DNA of 59,117 nt, counting the filler, from Sphacelaria rigidula (Eukaryota): assembly GCA_964200075.2 (NCBI GenBank). It is 9 parts of 9 records of this genome, joined end to end, with 100 filler letters (N's around TTAATTAATTAA, not from the genome) between each part and the next. Parts side by side here need not be neighbours in the genome. Positions count along the whole stretch, not along the records: positions 19,741 to 26,220 come from CAXNAA020019833.1; positions 26,321 to 32,800 come from CAXNAA020019834.1; positions 32,901 to 39,380 come from CAXNAA020019835.1; 6 more parts are not named here. One strand, written 5' to 3'. Positions 25,552-38,854 of this stretch are shown piece by piece (within the stretch, counting starts at the first letter, position 1; every line of letters begins with the position of its first letter). The position numbers were made by a program, and so were the translations under genes. Under the pieces are notes generated by a model. It saw only the letters and a list, made by a program, of their open reading frames with translations, searched no databases and was not told the origin of the DNA.

Positions 25552-26360
25552 AGGGGGAGGGGTGGGGGCGTACTCATTTGGTGCTTGCCTTAGTCGTTTG
25601 ACCATTGACCGCGCATCTCTTTCGAGACGGAGCGCTGTTTCCTACTACTCCGAATACAGACATCCCCAACGTTTAGGTGCCCATTACGTTTCTTCCACAC
25701 ATTACACAAAACTTTTGAAAAATCTTATTCCTGTCCTGTTTCGCCGTCTGTGGCCACTATCTATCTCCTACTATAGCCATCGTTTTTTCGCTACTGTCTT
25801 ATGCATCAAACGGCAGGGGGGGGGGGGGGGGGGGGTACTTTTGATCTTGCGTGCCGTAGGCAGATGACCGTTGACCTCGCATCCCTACAAAGCCGGGTCA
25901 GCGCACGCCAGGTCGTCCCTGGACCAGGCTTGCAATCACCAGGCGCGAAGCGCCGTGATGGTGTTTGGCGAGTCGCATTTGGGGTAAGCTGCGTCCTACT
26001 AAGATGGTTCGGGTCTGAAGCGTGTTAATTATCTTGCGGATGGATGGATGGCAGGCAGCCTCGAATGAGTTGCTTCATTTTCTGGTATCGCCACGTCCAG
26101 AGACAGCCACGGGTTCTACACTGTCTCATGAGTGTCTCAACGCCAGGGGTGTATTCATGATCATGCATGCCATAGTCATAAGACCAACGACCTCGCATCC
26201 CTACAAAGCCGGGACGGAGCNNNNNNNNNNNNNNNNNNNNNNNNNNNNNNNNNNNNNNNNNNNNTTAATTAATTAANNNNNNNNNNNNNNNNNNNNNNNN
26301 NNNNNNNNNNNNNNNNNNNNTGCTTGCCTTAGTCGTTTGACCATTGACCACGCATCCCTT
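25552..26360 (-). mobile_element. Stacked retroelement 3'-end fragments (A at 25552-25800, B at 25815-26130 and 26146-26220; A at 26321-26360 in the next contig)
   Basis: 25560-25800 is the reverse complement of the LINE 3' end at ~58540-58770. The first three begin with a G-tract followed by GTACT/GTATT; the 26321 copy is cut by the contig start. Confidence 0.8.
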
Positions 26361-28099
26361 TCGAGACGGAGCCCCGTTTGGGGAGGGGGGGGGGAGGGTA
26401 CGCACAAAAATGAAAATTTAATCGTCCTCGGTATCATTGAAACTCGATGCTAAATAGTCTTGGACCTTAGTGAAGGCCTCCTAATCGTGTTTTTCCACCC
26501 TTTCTTACCTTCCTGACGTCTGCCGCGCCGACACCCTGGTACGCTCCACATTGACCCCCCCGAAAATCTCCAAATTTCGACCCCAACTTTCTCAGTAATG
26601 ATTCATTTCAATTGTTTTCATTTTTCAGTGAGGACCATGATTTTTCGTCCAACAAGCCTAACTGCAGCATCGTGAGCATCTGCGTTGGGGAAACACTATC
26701 TGCAACCCGTACAAGACTATACCTACCTATGGCACAGAGAAAGTGCTGTACTTTGGGGATCACCATCATCAGCAACATTCTTTTTTAACAGCAACGATGA
26801 TTAATTACCCGAGGTCACCTGACTGACGAACACCTCGTGGTCTCTCCCAGAATGCAGCAGCAGCATACATACATGAACACGAATAAATGAATATACCGAC
26901 TGTAGAAATAGATGATCAAGAAGGAGATCGATGAAGGGGCTATCCGATGCGTGACTTGATTACAACATATATTCTCGGTTACAACCTCACGGTCTATTGC
27001 CACGAGCAACTACCTGCTTCGTGATGCTGTGATCTGCTGCTGTTGTATCGGCGCAGACAACCGGACGGACAGCTGCGTTGTATTTGGAAAATCGCCAAGG
27101 TTTTTCATCTTTGCTGTTGCTGGAGTCGTCAGCGGCAGTAGATCGATCGCTGTCGAAGAAAACAAGAGGCACTCAAAGTATCGACGCAAAGTTTGTATAT
27201 ATTTAGTTCGCTTGCTTTCTGTCAGTCGTGCGCTTAGATCACTCGCCAAACCATGAGCTGTAGACATTACCTAGCGTACAGACGGTGCCGTAGCGTGCAG
27301 GCTGTGCAGCACAGCAGGCAGGCAGGCAGGCCGGTTGCTACTGGATTTTTCCTGAACTTCACTTCGAAAACAAGTCAAGTTCTCCTCGGTTTGTCTGCGA
27401 ACGGCGACCGCACTTGACGCCAACAACAGCACAACCACTGCTGGTAACACACACACACCATCTAAGAAGGCTGCACAAAGCTTATTCAGGCATTGTGAAT
27501 ACAGTACCTTGCTTAATCATTCGGTGCGGAACCGATGTGTTGCGTGCAGTGGATGCGCTAGTGATGCATCTCACCAAACAGACAACGAAATCGCTATCCA
27601 AACCGCCCTGCCGCTCACACGGCTGCGCCATCAATTTAACAGCGCCGCGGCACCTTCGTGCCATACTTCTCTCTTCTGTGGGCTCTGATTGACTGTGCAC
27701 ATCAATGCACACCAATGATTTTTTTAATTGGCAGGCGTTATTCAGGTCATGACTTGAGAAAAATATGGACCCTATACTTCAATCAAGTTGCGCACATCAA
27801 TGCACAAGTTACCCTATGGGCGCGGAGCCGCGACGCGGCCTGCGGCCGCGGACGAACAACCCTAACTAATGACAGTAGCAAACGCGATAACGACGCGTCA
27901 CGGAATCCAGGGTCTACGAGCAGACCCACACAGAGTATATCTTGCAACGCCTCTGAGCTTCATCACAGGTAAGAGTTTTGTCCATTAATGATGCAGGCAT
28001 ATCCGGCCGCTGAATCGAATGAAAAGCCTACTCTCAATCGTATCGTAGACTCTCAATCTCACGAAACTACTGTTAGTACAGTATCCCATCAGAAGAGAC

Positions 28100-29460
28100 G
28101 CGTGCAGGCAAGCTGCGTTTCGGTCTTTTGACCGTGAGCTGAAAACGAATAATGAGGATAACTTGTGGCAAGCACGGCTGACGCGTGGTAGCGGTGCCGT
28201 AGGTATCAACGCCACGGGTCTCGCACGCGTGGCGGATTTGAACAAAATGGCGAAAGACGAAAGATGGCACTGATGACGATTATTGATATTATTATTATTT
28301 CCGCACATTAGTCCGACCTCTCGACCCCGTGGTCACAGACGGAGGCTCGTCTTTCCAATACCGCCCCTGCTATTCCTTACAAGACATAATAGAGTCCTCC
28401 ATCATTTTTTCAGGGACTCCAGCCTAGTTTCATGAACATGATGATGTTGATAATTATTCATTTGAATAAGCAGATAAAAGTAGAGCGCAAGCGGAGGGCC
28501 CAATCCTTTGACGCCTCGGCCAGAAATGGGGCAACACGGGACGTGCCAAGTACCGTACAGTATAGGCGAGTCTTTATATCTCCGGAAGAGACGCGTACAG
28601 GTCATCATTTTGGCCTCTTCACCTTTTACTTAAAACGAATAACAATGATAGCAAATAGCAAGCCACGACTGACGCGCGTGGTAGCAGTGGGCCAGGTATC
28701 AACGCCACGGGTCTCGCACGCGTGGCGAATTTGAATAAAATGGCGAAAGACGAAAGATGGCCCTGATGCTGACCATTATTCGTAAGCATATACGTATGAA
28801 AGTAGAGCGCAAGCGCAGGGCTCAACCTTCTTGACGCCTCGGCCAGAGATGGAAATGAACGGCAAAAAAAAATGTGCCAAGTATAGTGCTGTAGGCAAGT
28901 GTATTACGTATCCTGTCAGAAGACGCGCCCGAAGATGGTCGTCCTTCCGGCCTATTGATCATGAGCTGAAAACGAATAATAACAGTGGTGATGATGATGA
29001 TGATGATGATGATGAGAACAATACATATCCATGTCTTTTTTCAGTGAACGTCACGATGAGCGGAGGCTTGCTGTTTTTATTCGAGTTTACCGCATGGAGC
29101 GAGATTTTATCTCTCATGGAAAATCACGCTCATACAAAATATATGGCGGACGCGGCTGAATTTCATTCGCGGGAGCAACACCATCACAATGCACGACCGT
29201 CATCAGATAAAAAAACCGCGTGTACGGAAGATGCGATGGCGTGTCTTCTCAGATCTTGGCGGGGACCACTCATCCCTACATCCTGGGACCAAGGACAGGA
29301 TTCGTGGAGAATGACCAGCGAAAACTCATGCGATACTGTACGGAAGATGCGACGGTGAGTCTTTCCGTCAGCTCCTGGCCGGTACCACTCGCGCCTACAT
29401 CTTGGGACCAAGGACTGGATCGATGGAGAATGAGCAGTAAATCACGCGACATTTTCAGCC
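28100..29460. repeat. Degenerate tandem array of 150-330-bp modules; related sequence at ~45560-45860
   Basis: GACGCG..TGGTAGC.GTG...AGGTATCAACGCCACGGGTCTCGCACGCGTGGCG.ATTTGAA.AAAATGGCGAAAGACGAAAGATGGC at ~28180 and ~28670. AAAGTAGAGCGCAAGCG...TTGACGCCTCGGCCAGA at ~28477 and ~28799. CCTACATC(C/T)TGGGACCAAGGAC at ~29275 and ~29394. Confidence 0.75.
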
Positions 29461-32109
29461 ACAAGACAAGAAAAATTAATCAATACAGTATTGGAATAGA
29501 AAATTCGTTCGCCAACCACGACCGTATCGGAACCGCTTGCAACAAACGGAGAACAAGCAAAGCCTTTACGCCCTCCACGCGATATGCTCAGCACGACCTC
29601 CAATATCAGGTTTTCATCCATCTTACCGAGTACTGTAAACAGGGCACCGTTGTTCCGAGGTGCGTCAGTCAATGGCTGCTGTGCTGCTGAGCTGCACTCA
29701 GTGCACGGCAGCAACAAAACACTTTTTTCTTCACGCAATTTACATGGTATCGAAAAACACAACAAGGAGAGAGCAAAAAAAGGACCCGAACCCGAACCCG
29801 AACCCGAACCCGTTTACAAATACGGGTACCTGACATGCTTCCATTCCATTGTTTCGCGCCGCTGAGATCTATGAGAAAAACGGGGGAAACAAATGAGAAA
29901 GAGTAACGGACGGTTGAAAGACCAAATAGCTCCTCCAGCCCCACTAATAAAAAACAACCCTCCAAATTGAGCCAGCGGCCTGGGCACACCACATTCGTCT
30001 CAAGTACATGTACAGCGGGAGTAAAGGTATCGAACGCCAATTGCTATCCTCCATTCAAACCTGCGTACCATGTGTGCACTTTCATGATCTGCATCAATTC
30101 ACCAACAATACTCGCTCAGCCCGACAAATCTCCCCGAAACTCTCTTCCCTCAACCAATCATATCGAACGTACAGTGCAGACTGTAGATGTATATGCCCTT
30201 CCCGCTGAGGCGTATAATCCAAACAACAAGCTAGCTACTACGCGATTCGGACACAAGAGGCATAATCTAGAAAGTGCCCGTTGTCTCTGAACAGCGCGAA
30301 ACATACCCGCGTTCTCTGGCACACCCGCGCGCAGAGGTAGCTCGTTAGGTGTACCACATGGTAAAACAGCCGTCCACACGCGGGGACATACACGGCGGAA
30401 ATCCTTTGTCCTATATCTTGTTTCGACCTCGGAGTAACACGCAGACGCAGACACAGGCGAGAGACATTGTTTCAACAATCTCACCACCACCAGCGGAGAA
30501 TAACTACACGATCGAGACCAAGTGTACCAGGATACAAAGGTACCAAATACTCTCGATCATCCCAATACACAAGGGCTGTACCCACTCTCCCTCCCTTCCT
30601 TCCTCCCTCATTTCTCTTCTCCTCTCTTACGGAGGAGAAGGAAAAAAAAAAAAGAGCGATAAAAACAAACAAAAACAAAAGCCAAGACTGTAATAGGCAC
30701 CCACCCACCCTCCTGCTGTCAATTGACACAAGGAATGAACGCCATGCTCGCAGGAGAACTGAAACATCACAAATAGGCAGAAAAAACACATACACGCATA
30801 CACATCACCCCAACTACTACCCTATTACAATAGTGAGCCCACAAATCCACGTCGGAGACCCCCGCCGGCAGTCCGCTTCACTCTCAATCTCTCCGTCCAG
30901 TTAAGACCACCACGTGAAAACTCATGTGCATATAAACGGATTGATTCCGGTAACCGCATGCGCTTTTCCGAGACCCCAACCCGCCCACCCACCGTGGAAA
31001 TCCCCGCCCCTCCCCAGGCTCGCTACCCGCGCCCTGCTTGCGCACGTCATCAAGGTTTCGGCACCTGACCTTGCATTTCTGTACTTGTAAATCAGAAAAG
31101 TTTGTTCTTTCCGGGCTCTAGAGTTCAACCATATTTGGGCATGTTTCCCACCAGCAAAAGGGGGGGACGGGGGCACGGGCACATCGCTCAATGACCGGGA
31201 TGGGGTCATGCCGGATGCTCTCTCATTGATCGGATTAGCGCCCAATGCCTGCCTGCCCCACCGTCCTCCCCCATCCTCCTTCGCCCCGCCCCCCCTCTCC
31301 CCCACACGGAAAGTAAAAGCCGGGCGGAAAGCACGGAGCAGCCATGACTATATTCCAGTAGACTAGCTAACAAAATCGGATAAAAGCAACAAAAAAAAAA
31401 ACTTGTGGAAGGCGCAACGAAAGAGAGGGCGACGGAAAAAAGGAGCGACAACAGTCGTCAGTAGCCTCCATCACCGCAGAAAGAACAACAAAAATGCGGT
31501 GCAAGTACATCATGCCGATTTCTCTCCTGCACCAGATTGACGCGTGGGTGGGATCGGGGGAGGGGAATGGCATGTAGAGGGACACCACGCACGCTTCGTT
31601 CGAGGCACTTCGTGATGTTGGGGCTACCTCAAACAAAATCGGGTCGCTTGCACTCAATATTCATTAGCACCGGGGCGAAACAAAAAAGAAGAGGAAAGTG
31701 ATTTATCAGACCAAAGCTGAATTTTTGTTTTCAACAGGGTCCACCACAGAAAAACGAAACCGTAAAAAAAAAAAAAGAAGAAACGGACAAAAAAGAAACT
31801 TTCATTTCCACCCGAAACGCGGGAAAAAACTAGAAACAAAATAAAAAAAATGATGGAACACACAGAACAATAAGCAAATCTAACCTCCCCTCCCGCCTTC
31901 CCCCGCCCAAACAACCGAAAACACGCAGGCAGCAGTTGTGGATGAAAATAAAAACTACTATTTCTACCACTACTCACTTCGAACACATACGAAACACAAA
32001 ACAGAGAATGAAACGGGCCTGGCGTTCACAGTGTGGATGTAATATAATACTCTGGCACATAGATCGACGGGTATTTCGTCTTTTTCATTGTTTCCGCATT
32101 CTTCTTCGC

Positions 32110-32230
32110 CTAGACCATGTCTCCTCTTGGGTGCATCACGTGTTGGAACTCCGTGTAGGCGTTCACCGCGTAATTCACGTCCAAAACGGTGTCTCGGTTG
32201 CTTGGGAACTCCGTCATATCCGGTAGCATA
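32110..32230 (-). CDS. Probable terminal coding exon of an unidentified gene
   Basis: TAG acceptor after a pyrimidine tract; reads MLPDMTEFPSNRDTVLDVNYAVNAYTEFQHVMHPRGDMV*. Protein-like composition, family not recognised. Confidence 0.45.
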
Positions 32231-32296
32231 CTACGAGACAGAGGAAGAATTTAAAAAAAACGGTAAGGGCAACAGGAATGTCCGTTAAAATAGACA

Positions 32297-32330
<34 letters not shown>

Positions 32331-34753
32331 CGGGGACCACGAGAGACGAGCAAACGCAGAGCACCAAAACAACGGCTTGAGATGAAATTCATTTTTGAAA
32401 TGAGGCTGTGCCCATCGGGATTTGATTGATTGATCGATTGACTGATTGTCGCACTTCAACTGAGTGTGCCCACGGGGAAGAAACCGGTCTTGGGATAGGC
32501 TGCATACAGTACACGGTTACGGAGTGCGGTCGGTGCTGTGGGTGTGCTTCCATGGCGTGAACGGGAATGGGTGCTGCTGTGTCGGTCAAAACAGGGAGCT
32601 CACACGTAGAGATGATCCAAACGACATCAAAACGAGAATAGCACGTGTTACTATTATGTAGCGTTATCAGTACAGTAGGACGATATCAATGTTCACCAGC
32701 AGATGGGGTGAGCGATCCTGCTTCCAGGGATGGAGTTTGGGAAGGGGGGCGGGCGGGGGGAGTGTACTCATGATCATGCATGCCATAGTCATCAGACCAT
32801 NNNNNNNNNNNNNNNNNNNNNNNNNNNNNNNNNNNNNNNNNNNNTTAATTAATTAANNNNNNNNNNNNNNNNNNNNNNNNNNNNNNNNNNNNNNNNNNNN
32901 TACTCATTTGTTGCTTGCCTCAGTCATTTGACCATTGACCACGCATCCCTTTCGAGACGGAGCACCCTCAGGGGGCGGGGGGGGGGTATAAACCGTTTTC
33001 CAGTCTGTAAGGCCCATTGTTCCTACCCGTACGTCTGTATCCCAAGCACGAAAAATGACAAAAACACGGAACAGGCGAACACATGTATTCCTCCTGTAAG
33101 ATATAGGATGAACTGCGCGATGATGTGCTTCTCTCGGGGTAGTCGTTCCTCTCATCCTGCCACCGACCACCCCGCCGTCTTGTGATTTTCCGTTCTTGTG
33201 CCGCGACACTCCGGTACCTCAGGTCGCAAATCACCTAGGACACAGCCGCCTTGAAGAGGTACGTGTTACATGGAATACATGCGAAAAACTTTTGTCAGCG
33301 AGAATCTAGCCATTTGGTTACATGTACTGTACCGTGCAGCTGATCACGATACAACAGTACAGTGGTGGTTTTATCCCGGATTTTGCGAGCCCAGAAACAC
33401 TGGCACTACACCCGTGTTTGAAAGCAAGAAAAAAAGAAGAAGCAAAAACAGTACCATTTCTTCGAATTTTGTCAAAACACCCCAGCCACTGGTTTGTTTT
33501 CAGTTTCGACCACCCTAGCACGTAGGTGTCTTCTTGACTTTTTCACCTGTACCCTCGCCCGTTCGGCACTGAACTGGGCGAAAGCCGATTTTAATGGCGA
33601 TTAGGCCAAAGTCAGGTATTGATTCGATATAAAATCGGGCGCTCATATTCGGCAACATGTAGGAAACAGCCACAAGATGCTCCATGGATGAAGCAATATT
33701 TCAGGCAGAAGTCGAAAAAGGCGTGGATGAGGGCTCATTGTCAGAGAACGGATCACAGGAGTGTCACTCGCCACACTTTTCCCTTTCAGTCTAATGATGC
33801 GTTTGTTCCACGAATAGCTTTTTCCACTTTTCTTCATGGAGCGTTTCCATTTTGTTCACCTTGGGTGCGCCTATATTGTTACCACCGCGGGGAGCTAATG
33901 TACAACAATCAGTCGATCGATCAATAGGAGCACTTATTGAGTGAAGTAAACTCGCGCACATGAGTATTGACCCGATTTGATTTCAGTTTTGGCAAACCCG
34001 CATCAAGTATTTTTTCGATTAATTAATGGTCTGGAGGCAAAAGGAAACAGCCCTGCACCCGTTTGCCATAAAATCGGGTCCACCGCTGCACTGTATTGCC
34101 TCGCCGATACGTAGTGTCCAAGTAGTGCTCCAGCTCAACGATTATTGTTCGGTGAACCTGTGCGGTACAAGTAAAGTGCACCTTACCCTCTCACCACCAC
34201 TGCTGCGTCACTGACTTCTAGAATGCTAGTGCCGTTTGACGAAGTGTAAGCCCCACTGTGGGGCATCAAATGCTCCACCTTCCAAGATCTGCAGTGTCGT
34301 GAGCATCTCGTCAACAAACAGTCAAGACTCCACAACTCCCGCTGTCGTTTTTCGGTAGCCTGTAGCGCACTTACAGTATATACCTTCATTTATGTTTTCC
34401 CCGGGTCAGCAGTTGAGCATGCTACTACGATGATCGAGTTGATGTGGAAGTCTCGCTGTGAAAATACCAGGGTGTAAATCAGTCGGTTGCCGTACATTCA
34501 GCAATAGCAAAGTCTCGGAAAGAGAAAATGCCTAGGTATGCGAAACGAAAGGCGTGACCCTTCGAGCACCCGCAGATGAATAGCTGAGCACGACGCTCAT
34601 TTTTAAGTGAACATGATGCCGATTAAAAAACTACACGCACTTGTGCAGTCAAACGGTCAAGAAGGTATATTTTTGGCTGCCGGTCGGATTTCTCGGTGTT
34701 GCAACTAAATTACCCCGTATAAGATCAAGCTCTTCTACCAAATCAATTGCTAG

Positions 34754-36629
34754 CGACTGCACTCGACCATTCTCGAAACTCTGAAGGACCTCAACGATTT
34801 CTTGGAGCTTAACGCGGAAGAACTCACGAGAGAGCTCCGAGACGGCTCATCAGAGTCGGAGAAAGCCTTACCGCCCGGACAGGGCGAGTACGGCCTGCGC
34901 GTGCATCAACTCTACCAGGGCTTTCTCGAGGTGGTGCAGTCCAACCTCGAAGGTGCCACCAAGTGAACCACTATTTACAGACACAGTACGACATGACACC
35001 AACGTTTGCCTAAGGTCTACTGAGATGCTCTCCCTAGGTGCTGCTGTGCATGGGCATGCGGGCGCAAGACCTTATTCACGAGTCTGTTCCGCTCTGTCGT
35101 ACTATATTTGGTCATGCGTTGTTTGAGTAGAATGAAATATGTGAGTTTGATACCACTGTTCTCCTGACGCCATCCCCCCGTCTTCGCCCCCCGCCCCGCC
35201 CTCTGCTGTTGTTCACCCTCTCAACGTGCAACGTTGATTTACATCACCTTGCGCGTTAGATGTACCATGAGCAAGCAGAAACTGCACGCTCATAAAAGAA
35301 GTTCAAGACCTATTCTACATTGCGTACTACCCTGCCACCCACATCAGCTTGCCCACCCACCTGCAACTCGAACATTCAATGAAGCGCGGTACGTATTTTT
35401 TCTGCTGTATTTGGAGTACGATAGACACGCTAAATTGCGATAATGCCTTCCGAAATATGAGCTTCCTCGCTGGACCAGTAGGCGGGTTCACGTACTGGTG
35501 TCGAAGGTGTAAAATCATCAGGTTTCTCTCTGCGCGCTGCAATTGACAAGGGCACGCCGAAAATGGGGACGTCGTTCTCTAGAGTTGTTGATTCACCCAT
35601 TGAGACACCATCGCGAAACAAGCTGCACTGCTGACTGTGAATGGAGAAGGGGAAATCAAGTTAACGTACTTCGAGTATGACTGTTCCTTCCTTTGCCACC
35701 TTGACTTGTTTTCACCTTGAAGAGTTCTTGCAAGCGGAAGGGTTGACGGAACAACAGCTACGGGCGGCTTGTGAGAAAGAAATGCGGCTGGCAGATGATT
35801 CAGGGGGGGTCAGCTTCACGCAGATCCTACTGTGTTCGTGGGACTTCGCACGGTAGGTTGGAGCAACTTGCGAGTTGCTGGGTGTCAGAGTGACGGAGGT
35901 GTAGCCAGTGAGATTTACTTGGCACTGCGACAATGTCGGGATTTGCTTTTGCCCACGATTTGCTTGATTTCGCGTCTTACCGCGATGCACCATTACCTGC
36001 GCAGCGCGTCATTGGACAAAAATGTTTTGCGAGACAAGTTGGTCGTGGCCATGCTTACCGTCGTCATGCTGCAACATTTTTCAACATGTTACTTCGGTTT
36101 CCGCCACTGCTTTGTTCCCTCAACCCTTGGTCATTTCAGTTTCGTGGAGCTAGCAACAGATTTCGTCGACGAAGCTGCGGACGAAGATGATACTAGTACC
36201 CAGACTTCCATCGGATCGTCTTCGTCTTCTCCGTCATGCACAGGCAGCGGCGGCAGCGTCAGGGGAGGTGAACTTCATGAGAGTCACGACGGAATTTGCC
36301 GCAGCATGAATGGAGATGTCGCGACAGAAGACACTGTCATCAGCGCGAGTCCGTGCACAATGGGAGAGGTCAAGGGCGGTATCGGCAGGAGGAAGAGCAA
36401 AGAGAGCAGCAGAAGGTGTTCGGCGGATACATGGACAGCTGCGTCACAAGAGCGTGACGATGCTGGGGACGGGAGGAGCCGGGAAGGAAGCGAACTTGAA
36501 TTATCAAAGTTGGAACAGTCGACGGGGTGGGGTAGTCGGGTTAGCGAGGACGGGCCTGCTGGCGACCGAGACGAGCAGAATTTGCGGGGCGATGAGCCGC
36601 TCTGCTTGCGTGCTCAAGCTAAATCGTAG
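34754..36629 (+). CDS. BART (ARL2-binding)/CFAP36-like domain protein; exons 34754-34952, 35723-35852, 36140-36629 (start exon not resolved)
   Basis: Three AG/GT-bounded exons with matching phases splice to ...LKDLNDFLELNAEEL...GEYGLRVHQLYQGFLEVVQSNLE/EFLQAEGLTEQQLRAACEKE...FTQILLCSWDFAR/FVELA.... This follows the BART pattern (EYxLxxxxxYxxF...LExFL...DFxxFxxxM), then a low-complexity tail. Confidence 0.8.
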
Positions 36630-37039
36630 TTGCTGGTGGCTACCGGTTATGGTGATTGACTCGAAGAGACAAGAAGTGAGTGAGGATGCGTACGCGCGCC
36701 ACAAGGACATCATATTTTTTTGTGTCCGGCTCGTCTCCTTCGCTTTACTCGATAATTATCTTGCATTGAGCCCTTGACTTTGCATAATTGTTAACCTGAT
36801 GTCTGATCCGGCGTTCGACCTCGCGGCCGTGAAGCTGATGATGCCTCTACCTTGCGATAGCATACGGACTACCTTCGTGGTCCGTGAAGATGGAATTTGG
36901 AACTCAATCAGTATCTCGATGTCCTGCTATTGGGCACGACACGAGGGCTGAATATGCTGGGTTATATTTGGCATTGACGTGCGTTGTTGGGTGGATGACT
37001 ACACGAACCTTCACGTGCGCGTGTCGCGGGGTGCGGGGG

Positions 37040-37420
37040 TGCTGTGTGTGTTGTGTTGTGTTGTGTTGTGTGTGTTGTCCCCTTTATTCTGGGCACCAGT
37101 GTACACGTTCGGTATATGTGGGTGCATCAGCTGCGGTCACACAGGAGGAAGGTCAACACAGGAGCTTTTTCTTTTTTATTTGTTTTGAATACCCCGCCTT
37201 CCTTCGGCGGTGTTGGCTTTTTTCTTTTTATATCGAGAGGGATTCAGCAGTCCCTCGCCCTCGTCGACCGCTAAGTGGAATTTTGTGTACCCACGACATA
37301 GTCGCTCTCCACTGTTGAGCATGGTGTGAGAAAAGATTCCAGATCGCTTCGGGAATCGAACCCCCCTACTCAATCATCAGAAGGTTACGAGGTTACGAAC
37401 TGAGCAACTGGGGCGACCGG
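37040..37420 (-). mobile_element. tRNA-derived SINE (family 1), ~340 bp with (ACA/CA)-rich tail
   Basis: Minus-strand head CGCCCCAGTTGCTCAGTTCG (A-box-like) ... GGGGTTCGATTCCC (B-box). Body colinear with 46410-46766; tail ACAACACACAC. Confidence 0.8.
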
Positions 37421-38209
37421 TCTGTGTGTGATGCCTTGTGTGCGGCGGAAGCTTCAATATTTGTGCGGGCTTCCACTAAAAACTGATTTTGTGCTTGTTC
37501 CAAGCGGCGCGAGAAATGAATCACCCCTGATCATTTCGTTCGCCGATTGCGTGGTCGAGGTCTCGGTCAAGGCTGTCAAATGTGCATGTACCTCAGCGGT
37601 GTGGGTTTGAAGTCACGACAAGTACCCACATACTGTATGCGAGTACCTGGAATTGCAAGGGAACATGTTTTTGCCAACGCGCCTACGGGCCACCGAACGA
37701 AGTACTCGCAACCGAGTCGAATGCCGATTCATCGCCTCACTGACGAAATTTTTTTCGGGCCACGCTATTATACTAAAATCGGGGAAGAGATTCGGCCTGA
37801 TTATATTGACAATGGATGATAAAGGAGTGAATCCTGCCAAAATCGTGTTCACTTTTGCAAATAGAACGAACACCACTCAAAACCCAAGAGTCTTGAAATA
37901 TACTTACGGGTACACCCTCGAAAATCTGCGGATCACTTTTCCCCAATAAAACAAAGCACCAATAAAGACCCAAGAGTCTTGAAGCACCGATGGGCACTCC
38001 ACAATACAGCACTATGCTATTCTATAGTCCATGACACACACACGAACCCGTCCATGCTCGGCAAAGCACACATGGCGACTTGGGTCGAAACCAACCCGAC
38101 ACTTCACCCACCCCGCCAGTCCTATCCTGGCCGCCACACATAATCATGACATCAACCTCCATCCGGCCCGACTTTGTCACGCTGCATATGACACCCCCGC
38201 CGCACACAC

Positions 38210-38854
38210 CTCTTCCACTTCTTCGTCGCAACTATCTTCCAACTCGTCAAAATCGCTATCGTTAAACTCCGGTGGCGATTCGAACTGCGTAGCCCGCCGA
38301 GGAGAGAGCACAGATCGCAACGGGGACACCATATCGATAGGGATGCTTCGTACAGCAGCAACATGAGAGGAAGGGATACCGCGAACAGAAGCCATAGCAG
38401 CACTCGGCGACATCGACGCGGACGTGGGTGCAGCTACCTCCCCTGGCACGGCGCTTGTACCTAGTGGCGGTGATGGTATCAAAGACGGAGTCGACGTCGC
38501 TGGCGCTGCCGTCGCTGCCTCTGCAGCAGCAGGGGCGATCGAATGTGATCTTGCAGCTGTGTCCGCCGCTGCAGAACACGGTGTGTTGGAATTCGACGAT
38601 GCTGCGGCTGCTCCGACCGCAGTGGGTGCCTGTGTTGATGGTGGCGGCGAAACAGCTGTTGTCACCAGGGGAGCCGCTGCAACGCGGGTCGCGCCCTCCT
38701 TCAAAACTGAGTCTTTCCCTATTTCAGCTGGCGACCCACCCGCCCATGATAGCTTCGGTGTCGCGGGTGACGTTTCCGCGGCAGCTTCTGCGAGATTCAG
38801 CCGTAGCAGTGCAAATTGCAATGGCAAGACACATTGAAGAAATATCCTGCGCAT
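38210..38854 (-). CDS. Probable exon of an unknown protein with hydrophobic N-terminus and Ala/Pro/Ser/Thr-rich region
   Basis: 233-codon GC-rich ORF. MRRIFLQCVLPLQFALLRLNLAEA is signal-peptide-like; candidate GAG|GTGTGT donor near 38210. No recognised domain. Confidence 0.45.
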
